Positions 9,222 to 15,954 of a stretch of 24,637 bases of DNA are shown here, piece after piece. Under the pieces are notes generated by a model, which did not search any database, was not told the origin of the DNA, and was given only the letters and a program-made list of their open reading frames with translations. Position 1 is the first letter of the stretch, and every line of letters begins with the position of its first letter. The translations under genes and the position numbers were made by a program. The stretch spans positions 1-24,637 of IMG/VR virus record IMGVR_UViG_3300012942_000129. One strand, 5' to 3'. The DNA is from a virus (taxonomy: Duplodnaviria > Caudoviricetes).

Positions 9222-9616
9222 CTAGTCGGTGGTAGAAGCGCCGCTCGGGGCGGCTGCGGAGTTTCCCGCCGCGGCCTCCACGGCCTGCGGGTTGAGACCG
9301 GACAGGTCGGAGGCGATGGCGTACAGCCGGTCGAGGACGGTGCCGTTCTTCGCGCCCAGCGCCTTGACGTCCCGGTCGTCGAACAGGCGCTGCCCGTCCT
9401 CGTCGACCAGGGCCATGACCAGCAGCCGGGCCCGCTTGTCCTCCAACCGGACGCGCTGCACGTTGCCCTGGGAGCCCATGACGACCATGCCCGCGTCCCA
9501 GGCGTCGCGTTCGGTGCCGGACAGGGCGCGGATACGGACGGGCCGGCCCATTCGGGGACGTCCTCGTCGCGGTAGTCGATGTCGGTGGCGTCGAGGATCT
9601 GCTGCCGGTTGAGCAT
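9222..9616 (-). CDS. Tail assembly chaperone gpG, broken by an apparent 1-bp deletion near 9541-9550
   Basis: MLNRQQILDATDIDYRDEDVPEW (ATG 9616, GGAG RBS) is in a different frame from VRIRALSGTERDAW...LFDDRDVKALGAKNGTVLDRLY (9222-9551); joined they give a typical gpG. Confidence 0.8.
9261..9267 (-). other. Programmed -1 ribosomal frameshift site G GGA AAC
   Basis: XXXYYYZ heptamer in the correct phase near the end of gpG; the -1 frame joins the gpT ORF. Confidence 0.85.
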
Positions 9617-9671
9617 GGTGGGTGTCTCCGCAGGCGTGGGTGTGGGTGTGGGTGGGTGCGGCGAGCCGGGG

Positions 9672-10097
9672 TCAGGATTCGTCGCTGGTGAAGGTGGGCT
9701 TGCCGGTGATCTGCCAGGACAGGTCGGCTTCCGCCTTGTCGTCGTAGGGCGCCGACGGCTTGAACTCGGTGAGGATCGCCCCGAACTGCCAGGTGGTGGC
9801 GGCGTCGTCGGGGAACACGACGCGGTAGTTGCGGGGCTGACGGTCGTCGAAGTCGTCGACGAACTGGTCGTGAAGCGTCGGCTGGTAGTTGACGGTGGCC
9901 TTCATCTCGCCGCCGTCGACGAGCCCGCCCAGGTACTCCTTCCAGCCGTCCTCGCTGCCGTGGCTGGTGACGTCGATGGTGTCCCGCTTGATGTCGGGCA
10001 GATCCAGAGACGTGACATCGGCGATGGTGGTGAACACCTCGGGGGTGGCGCCGTCGCCTCGCTGCAACTGGGTGCCGAACGCGTCCATACCGGCCAT
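9672..10097 (-). CDS. Major tail (tube) protein
   Basis: 141 aa; DTIDVTSHGSEDGWKEYLGGLVDGGE and W-ITGKP tail-tube motifs. Confidence 0.93.
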   Translation of the reverse strand: MAGMDAFGTQLQRGDGATPEVFTTIADVTSLDLPDIKRDTIDVTSHGSEDGWKEYLGGLVDGGEMKATVNYQPTLHDQFVDDFDDRQPRNYRVVFPDDAATTWQFGAILTEFKPSAPYDDKAEADLSWQITGKPTFTSDES

Positions 10098-10519
10098 CAG
10101 GTGGCCTCCTGTTCTGTGATCACCCGGAGGTCAACCGGGACGTGTCGAAGGGTGATGTCCGGATCCCGCAGAGTCCGCAGCTGGTCGAACCGCACGGTGA
10201 TGCACCGCCACGGGGACGGGAGCGCCAACGCGGCGGGCTGGTGGTCGAGCGCGGCGACGATCTGTGCGGCGATCGCCAGGGCGGGGGCGTAGCCGTCGGC
10301 CTGCACCCACACATCGCAGGTGACCAGCGACGACCAGCCGTAGCCGGTGAGGCGGTTGTCGGGGGTCTCGGCGGTGGTGCCGATCACCACATACGGGAAG
10401 GGCACGTTCTCGGGCGCGCCGTCGTACACGCCCACCCCGTCCAAGGCGGTAGTGAGCGCGGCGTACACGCCGGTCTGGATCGCGGCGGTCGGCTGCTCGG
10501 CGACAGGCAGGGCGATCAT
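10097..10519 (-). CDS. Tail terminator, DUF3168/gp17-like
   Basis: VYDGAPENVPFPYVVIG...VTCDVW...LRDPD..LRH; ATG 10519 overlaps the upstream TGA. Confidence 0.88.
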   Translation of the reverse strand: MIALPVAEQPTAAIQTGVYAALTTALDGVGVYDGAPENVPFPYVVIGTTAETPDNRLTGYGWSSLVTCDVWVQADGYAPALAIAAQIVAALDHQPAALALPSPWRCITVRFDQLRTLRDPDITLRHVPVDLRVITEQEAT

Positions 10520-10872
10520 TCGTCGATCACCGCCTCGACGGCGCGGGCCACCCGGCGCGGGAACTCGCCGCGCGCCCACTCCGCAGCAGGCCGCACATAG
10601 GGCTGCGCGCGCATCTTGCTGGTGCCGTACTCGACGTACCCGGCGTAGTCGACGCCACGCGGCCCGACGGTGTACCGGTCCCCGTCGGGCAGCGCCTCGA
10701 TGCGGTCGCGCAGGTTCTCGGTGTCGACCGGCACGATCTGCTTCATGCGGGCTTCGGTTGCTGCCGCGACCTCCGGCACCGTGGCCCGGGCGGCAGCGAC
10801 CGCGGCCCGGACGCGGGCGACGACACGGCCGGCGAGCGACCCTGCGCCGCGGGCGGTGAGGCGGGCGGGCAT
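10516..10872 (-). CDS. HK97 gp10-like neck/tail-completion protein
   Basis: VPVDTENLRDRI...YAGYVEYGTSKMRAQPYVRPA motif; ATG at 10872. Confidence 0.9.
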   Translation of the reverse strand: MPARLTARGAGSLAGRVVARVRAAVAAARATVPEVAAATEARMKQIVPVDTENLRDRIEALPDGDRYTVGPRGVDYAGYVEYGTSKMRAQPYVRPAAEWARGEFPRRVARAVEAVIDE

Positions 10873-11042
10873 CAGCGCAGCCCCCTCTCGCGGCGGGCAC
10901 GGTCCATCTGCACCGCGAGGAGCCCGTACAGGGCCCATGCGGTGGCGTTCTGCGGGTCGCCGTCGGCGAGGGCTTGGTGGGCGTTGCGACGTGCTTCGGC
11001 CGGGCCGGGCAGCGGCGCGTCGGTCGCGTCGGGGGCGGTCAC
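10872..11042 (-). CDS. Hypothetical protein (56 aa)
   Basis: GTG with GAAAGGGG RBS, overlapping both neighbours and filling the gap exactly; MTAPDATDAPLPGPAEARRNAHQAL... Confidence 0.7.
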   Translation of the reverse strand: MTAPDATDAPLPGPAEARRNAHQALADGDPQNATAWALYGLLAVQMDRARRERGLR

Positions 11043-11401
11043 AGTGCGGTCCCCTTTCGCTGCACGTACAGGCAGTCCGCCCGCCGGTACACGCCCGGGG
11101 TGGAGGGTTCGACGACGTCGACGACCCGGTACACGTGCAGCAGGTCCCCGTCGGTGGTGCGCCATTCGTCGCCGCGCCGCACGTCCGCCGCGGGCGCGCA
11201 GTAGATGCGGTGCGTGAACTCCGCACCCGCCTGCTGCGCCGACAGGCGTTCCCGGGCCGTGGCCTGGCACAGGCGCATCGGCAGATCCTCGGCGACCAGG
11301 GACCAGGACGGGGTGGTGCCGCCCATGCCGTCCGGCTGGTCGGTGGCCCGGTACAGGTGCAGGCTGCTGGGCAGCAGCATCCCGGCGGCGGAGACGGTCA
11401 C
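11039..11401 (-). CDS. Head-tail joining protein (head closure/stopper, SPP1 gp16-like)
   Basis: DGMGG...ERLSAQQAGAEFTHRIY...DVRRGD motifs; GTG 11401 with GGAGG RBS. Confidence 0.85.
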   Translation of the reverse strand: MTVSAAGMLLPSSLHLYRATDQPDGMGGTTPSWSLVAEDLPMRLCQATARERLSAQQAGAEFTHRIYCAPAADVRRGDEWRTTDGDLLHVYRVVDVVEPSTPGVYRRADCLYVQRKGTAL

Positions 11402-11835
11402 ATCGGCCTCCACGGGATCATGAACTCGTAGTCGGAGTCGCCGGCGTCGACCAGGACCCGCTCGGGTGCGGTCAGCGGGTCGATGGTGCGGGTGCGCCGC
11501 CACTTGAGGCGTCCGATCCACCGTGCGGCCATCGGGGCGAGGACGATGTCGTCTCCGGCCGGGTCGTCCTGCCGGGTGTACGAGTAGTCGCCCAGCGTCT
11601 CGGACTTCTTGACCACGCCGGTGCCGAACGTGTCGCCCTGCGCGCCCTGCCACACCGCCTGCCAGGCGACGGCCTGCTTGAGGATGCGCATGGTGCGCGC
11701 GTCGATCAGGCCGGGGTCGACGCCCTCGTGCAGGTCGGTGTACAGGTCGATGACGGACTGGGCAGCGTCCAGCGCGGCCTGGTCCACCGTGCGTCCGGTG
11801 AACGAGGCTGCCTCTTCGGGCGTTGCCCACGACAC
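11398..11835 (-). CDS. Head-tail adaptor (SPP1 gp15-like)
   Basis: 145 aa; WATPEE...LKQAVAWQA...KSETLGDYSYT; synteny. Confidence 0.82.
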   Translation of the reverse strand: MSWATPEEAASFTGRTVDQAALDAAQSVIDLYTDLHEGVDPGLIDARTMRILKQAVAWQAVWQGAQGDTFGTGVVKKSETLGDYSYTRQDDPAGDDIVLAPMAARWIGRLKWRRTRTIDPLTAPERVLVDAGDSDYEFMIPWRPM

Positions 11836-11836
11836 G

Positions 11837-12250
11837 TCAGGCCCCCCGGCGTCGCACGGTCGCGGTGAGGGTCAGTGCGCCGCTGGTCTGGCGGGTGGCG
11901 CGGCGCACGGTCGGCCAGCCGCCGGGCACGTCGTAGCCGTCGTTGGTGGCGTCCGTGACGAACTGCTCGCGTGCCTGGCGGGGGTTGGTGTCGGCCGGGT
12001 AGGTGCGGGTCATGCGGTCGCCGTCGACCCGCACCCCACCCGACTCCTGCCCCTGCTCCTGCTCGGGCTTCGGCTCCTGCTCGGGCTCGGGCTCGGGCTC
12101 GGGCTTGGTGGGGGTGGCCGGCGGCTGGTCGACGTGCCCGGTCAGCCGCTCCACCAGGTCGGCCTTGCTGCCCGACACGGGCAGCCCACGCCTGCGGCAC
12201 TCCTCTACGAGTGCCGCCCGCGTCTGCGTCTCCCAGCCGCCGTCGGACAT
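11837..12250 (-). CDS. SAP-domain protein
   Basis: LVEECRRRGLPVSGSKADLVERL fits the SAP consensus; PE-rich linker; ATG 12250 overlaps the capsid stop. Confidence 0.85.
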   Translation of the reverse strand: MSDGGWETQTRAALVEECRRRGLPVSGSKADLVERLTGHVDQPPATPTKPEPEPEPEQEPKPEQEQGQESGGVRVDGDRMTRTYPADTNPRQAREQFVTDATNDGYDVPGGWPTVRRATRQTSGALTLTATVRRRGA

Positions 12251-13272
12251 CAGGACTCGCCGCCCTCGCCGGAGTCGACGAGCACCGCGAAGGCCTTCTC
12301 GTGGCCGACCGCGAAGCCCTTGCGGACCCGCATCTTGATGTTGGCCTCGTCCGTGAGGGAGATCGCGGCGGGGATCGGCTGCGACTCCGGCACGCTGCGG
12401 TCGCCGACGATCAGGTAGTCGCTGTTGCAGACCACGAGGATCGGGGAGCCGGTCGGCGATGCGCTGGCGGTCGCGGAGGTGCGGGCCCCGGTCGTCCACC
12501 GGATCGGCGCGTTGAACAGGGTGTCGGGGGTGCCGGAGTCGGACCCCTGACCCCGCACGAAGATCGGCATGTCCTGGAGGTCCTTCACGCCGCGCAGCGC
12601 CTTCCGGAACGCCGGCGAGGCGATGACGACCGTGTTGGACTCGTCGAAGTAGTCGCCGTCCTCGTACAGGGAGAACACGGTCGACAGCTCGTCGTAGGTG
12701 GGGGCGCCCACCACGGCGGTCTCGACGACGTTCGCCAGCGCCGTGTACCCGGTGTCCGCGTTGTCCGTCGAGAGGGCCTTCAGCACGCTGGTGTAGGGCA
12801 CGGTCGGCATCGACTCGGCGCCCGTGGTGGCCAGCGTCGCGTTGTCGAAGTACTTGCTGTAGCTGGTGGCCCAGTCGGTCTTCTTCGTGGTGATGATGTC
12901 CGCCGCACTGTCCGACAGATCCTCATCCGCGACGGTCAGCAGACCGGTGTGCTTGCGGGCGGTCAGCAGCACGTCGTCGTCCTCGTCATCCGAGGACGTG
13001 TACGTGCCGGACTTGGACAGGGTCGACACCGTCATGCCCGAGGAGCGGGGCTCCTTCTTCGTCTCCGACGCCATCGGCGTGTGACGCGCCACGGCCTCCA
13101 CCGCGGACATCGCCGCGACACGCTGAATGACCGCGGAGTCGGTCTCTTCGGGGATCCACGCGGCGAAATCGTCCGCAGCGCCACCGGCGATGGTGTGGAT
13201 GGGTCGGCCGTCCTTGCGGTGGCCGAGGATCTGGTGGGGCCCATGCTGGATGGGCGGGTTGGGGACGCCCAT
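12250..13272 (-). CDS. Major capsid protein (HK97 fold)
   Basis: 340 aa from ATG 13272 (GGAGG RBS); WIPEE...LRGVKDLQDMPIF...DTLFNAPI...KMRVRKGFAVGHEKAFAVL. Confidence 0.93.
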   Translation of the reverse strand: MGVPNPPIQHGPHQILGHRKDGRPIHTIAGGAADDFAAWIPEETDSAVIQRVAAMSAVEAVARHTPMASETKKEPRSSGMTVSTLSKSGTYTSSDDEDDDVLLTARKHTGLLTVADEDLSDSAADIITTKKTDWATSYSKYFDNATLATTGAESMPTVPYTSVLKALSTDNADTGYTALANVVETAVVGAPTYDELSTVFSLYEDGDYFDESNTVVIASPAFRKALRGVKDLQDMPIFVRGQGSDSGTPDTLFNAPIRWTTGARTSATASASPTGSPILVVCNSDYLIVGDRSVPESQPIPAAISLTDEANIKMRVRKGFAVGHEKAFAVLVDSGEGGES

Positions 13273-13293
13273 GGCGTCAGCCTCCGGGTGTGC

Positions 13294-13343
13294 GAATGGC
13301 CCCCGTTGGGGCCGCGGTTGGCGGCGCCCCACGAGGGCCATTC
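13294..13343 (-). promoter_or_regulatory. Long imperfect hairpin in the capsid 5' leader
   Basis: GAATGGCCC (13294-13302) pairs with GGGCCATTC (13335-13343); inner CGT/ACG, GGGG/CCCC and CCGC/GCGG pairs. Confidence 0.6.
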
Positions 13344-13371
13344 ACTCGGGCAGAACCCGAAGTCGATCACC

Positions 13372-13381
13372 AGTATGCCAC
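13372..13381 (-). promoter_or_regulatory. Candidate extended -10 promoter for the capsid/tail operon
   Basis: GTGGCATACT (TGn + CATACT); similar GTGCCACACT lies upstream of terS. Confidence 0.35.
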
Positions 13382-13479
13382 GCGGCGTCAACCCTTGGGC
13401 AGGCGGCGGTGTCAGCGCGATGCCCGCAACGTCCGTTCGGCCTTCTATGATGGCGACACCCACGCCTTTGGAGAGTGCT

Positions 13480-14112
13480 ATGCCAGGGAAACCAGGCGGC
13501 AGTGTCGGGCCCGTGCAAAAGCGCATCGGCGAAAACGTCGCCGCCTATCGAAAGCTGCGCCACCTCAGTGTTCGCGGGCTCTCGGAAAGAGTGATTGAGC
13601 TTGGTTGCCCCATCTATCCATCTGCCATCAGCAAGATCGAGAAGGGGAAGCGCCGGGTCGATGCGGACGATCTGGTGGCGCTTGCCGTGGCACTCCATGT
13701 AACCCCCAACTCGCTGCTGCTGCCGCGAGAGTGCCACCCCGGAAGCACTGTTGAGGTCGCAGGTCAGACCGTCAAACCGCTGGAGGCGTGGGCATGGGCT
13801 ACGGGCGGAGGGCCGATCCCGGCCTCAGCCCCTGAGGTGCTTCCGGTGATCACGGAGAGCCTACCGGACGAAGTTGCTCGGTTCCGTGACTCTAGCTTGG
13901 GATTTGCCCTTCAACGGTTCCACGAAGATATAAGCCGGTTGATCCAGATGTCGCCTTTGGTGGCTCGTATGTACCACGCAGAGGGAGAGTTTCGGAGTCG
14001 TGTGTCGCTGGTTCACAATTCACTCCAGCGGATCACCAGTGAGATTGAAAGCGTGGAGCGCAAGCTGGGCCGTGTGACACCACGCGGGGACGGCGCCCGG
14101 ACTGAGGCGTAG
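13480..14112 (+). CDS. XRE-family HTH transcriptional regulator (moron 1)
   Basis: RIGENVAAYRKLRHLSVRGLSERV...SAISKIEKGKRRVDADDLVALAVALHVTPNSLL; GGAGAG RBS; TATGAT -10 at 13446-13451; lower GC than flanks. Confidence 0.9.
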   Translation: MPGKPGGSVGPVQKRIGENVAAYRKLRHLSVRGLSERVIELGCPIYPSAISKIEKGKRRVDADDLVALAVALHVTPNSLLLPRECHPGSTVEVAGQTVKPLEAWAWATGGGPIPASAPEVLPVITESLPDEVARFRDSSLGFALQRFHEDISRLIQMSPLVARMYHAEGEFRSRVSLVHNSLQRITSEIESVERKLGRVTPRGDGARTEA

Positions 14113-14126
14113 AGCCGGGCGCCGTC
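14089..14126. terminator. Probable bidirectional terminator between the convergent XRE and scaffold genes
   Basis: Perfect 12-bp inverted repeat GACGGCGCCCGG / CCGGGCGCCGTC with a 14-nt loop containing the XRE stop. Confidence 0.65.
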
Positions 14127-14134
14127 GCTCATCG

Positions 14135-14905
14135 TCAGCGTCCGAGCAGCCTGTCCAGGGCCTGCTCGCTGGCGTTCTTCGGCTTGGGCTTGACTTTCTC
14201 GTCGCCCGACCCGGTGCCGCCCGCCTTGCGCGCCGAGCCCTTCGGCGGGCGCGGCGCTGCGGGCGCGACAGTCGGGGCGAACAGCTCGGGCAGGTCGGCC
14301 TTCAACTCGGCGACCTGGTCCGAGACGTCGACGTCGCCGTCCTCGTCGACCTCCACCTCACCGACGTCGATCATCTTCAACAGGCGGGCGACCTTGCCCG
14401 GCTGCGCCCCCGCGGCCAGGAGTTCGGCCTTCGCGGCGAGCCGCACCACCACCGGCTTGTACGCTCCCTCGCCCTCCGCGCGGGCCTTCGCGATCGCCGC
14501 CTCCGCCTCCGCCTTCGCGATGGTCTCACCCGTCGACGCGGCGTCGGCCCGCAGCTTGGCCAGGGCCTCCTCGGCTTCCCGGGCCCGCCTGCCGCGGGTC
14601 TGCGACTGCTGGACCTTCTTCTTGTACGCCTCCCGCAGCCGCGCCACCTCGGCCTTGAGCGCGGCCGCATCCTCACCCCCACCACCGCCGCTGCCGGTGG
14701 TGGTGTCGGTGCCGGTGTCGAGGTCGTCTTCGTCGTCGCTGTCGTCGTCCACACCAGCGTCGTTGTCGGTGTCCGCGCCGCCGTCGTCGTCGCCGGTGTC
14801 GTCGGCGCCGTCGGCGTACCAGAACGGCGAGAACAGCCCGGTGCCGTAGGGGTGGGTCCAGCCGCCCTCGACGGCCAGCGGGTTGATCGTGTGGGTGTCC
14901 ATCAT
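14135..14905 (-). CDS. Capsid scaffolding protein
   Basis: Acidic D-rich N-term, coiled-coil middle, VAELKADLPELF motif, basic tail; GGAAGGA RBS; start 14905 or 14902. Confidence 0.88.
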   Translation of the reverse strand: MMDTHTINPLAVEGGWTHPYGTGLFSPFWYADGADDTGDDDGGADTDNDAGVDDDSDDEDDLDTGTDTTTGSGGGGGEDAAALKAEVARLREAYKKKVQQSQTRGRRAREAEEALAKLRADAASTGETIAKAEAEAAIAKARAEGEGAYKPVVVRLAAKAELLAAGAQPGKVARLLKMIDVGEVEVDEDGDVDVSDQVAELKADLPELFAPTVAPAAPRPPKGSARKAGGTGSGDEKVKPKPKNASEQALDRLLGR

Positions 14906-15954
14906 GTTCCTTCCGTAGTTGGCACGCTGCGGCCCTTCGGCCACGCGCCGGTCTTGACCGCCCGCCGCGCCACAGCGAGCACACTGGCCGGCAGCCCCGG
15001 GTTGGGTTCGGCCAGCAGCGCCCGCGCCGCACGTAGCCGTGACGCGCGCGACTCCGAGCCCAGCGACCAGCCCCGCGCGATCGAGCGGCGCGCCTCCCGC
15101 GCCACCACCGCCGGGAACGCCGTTTCGCCCCCCGCGGCCCACGACGCCCGCCAAGGGACTGGCCGGCACCTGCAATGCGGGTGCGCCGGCGGCCGTATCC
15201 CGTCGGCGTGGGGGCGGCGCTGCTGCGGGTCCCACGACAGGCCACCCGGCCAGTCGGCGCCGCGTTTCACGACCCGCCCCGCGTAGGCCGCACACCGCAC
15301 ACACCCGTCGCGCTCCGCGACCCACACCTCCGAGTCGGCCCGGGCGCGGGCACCGACCGCCCGCGCAGCGGCATCCACCGCCCGCGTCCCCGCCCCGGCC
15401 ACAGCAGCCCGCACATCGGTGAGCGCGGCCCGGGCCCGGCCCAGCGGCGCCAGCAGCACCGCCAGACCCCGGCCCTCGACAAGCCTGCGGGACGCCGCCG
15501 CCGTCGCAGCCTGCTCCGCATCGGCCAACCCGTCGACCAGGACCCCGCGCGCAGCACCCAGCGTGTCGTCGGTGACGTGCAGGCGCCGCACGTTCGGGGC
15601 CCGCCCGGACAAGGCGAGCACCACCCCGGCCGTCTGCCGCACCCCGGCAAGAACCGCCTGCGCCGACACCGCACTCACCGCGGTACGGGCCGCCGCGGCA
15701 AGGCCCCGGAACACCGCGGCGACCGCCTCACGCACCACAGCCAGCAGCCGGTCCAAAGCATCACCCGCCACCGCCAGCGCCGACGCGCTACCGAACGCAC
15801 GCACCCAGCCGGCCGCCGCCTCCCGCACCGCCGCATCCACCAGGCCTTCACGGTGCGGCACCCCCGCCGCATCGAGAGCATGATCCTCGATCGACCGGAT
15901 CGCGTCGGTGTGCTCGCCCTGCACCATGCGCAGAACATCGTCGCTACTCGCCAT
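14902..15954 (-). CDS. MuF-like minor head protein
   Basis: WVAERDGCVRCAAYAG...PPAHPHCRC motif; ATG 15954; located between portal and scaffold. Confidence 0.87.
   Translation of the reverse strand: MASSDDVLRMVQGEHTDAIRSIEDHALDAAGVPHREGLVDAAVREAAAGWVRAFGSASALAVAGDALDRLLAVVREAVAAVFRGLAAAARTAVSAVSAQAVLAGVRQTAGVVLALSGRAPNVRRLHVTDDTLGAARGVLVDGLADAEQAATAAASRRLVEGRGLAVLLAPLGRARAALTDVRAAVAGAGTRAVDAAARAVGARARADSEVWVAERDGCVRCAAYAGRVVKRGADWPGGLSWDPQQRRPHADGIRPPAHPHCRCRPVPWRASWAAGGETAFPAVVAREARRSIARGWSLGSESRASRLRAARALLAEPNPGLPASVLAVARRAVKTGAWPKGRSVPTTEGT

Noticed and set aside
8645-9616. 323-aa ORF as a real protein
   Set aside because: Only the first ~23 codons resemble a chaperone; the rest is off-frame over TAC and tape measure
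12080-12103. (CTCGGG)x4 tandem repeat as a phase-variation site
   Set aside because: The 6-bp unit is in frame and only encodes a PE linker
11971-14112. 713-aa plus-strand ORF as a large HTH fusion protein
   Set aside because: The first ~500 codons are antisense to the capsid/SAP genes; only 13480-14112 has an RBS, -10 and a domain
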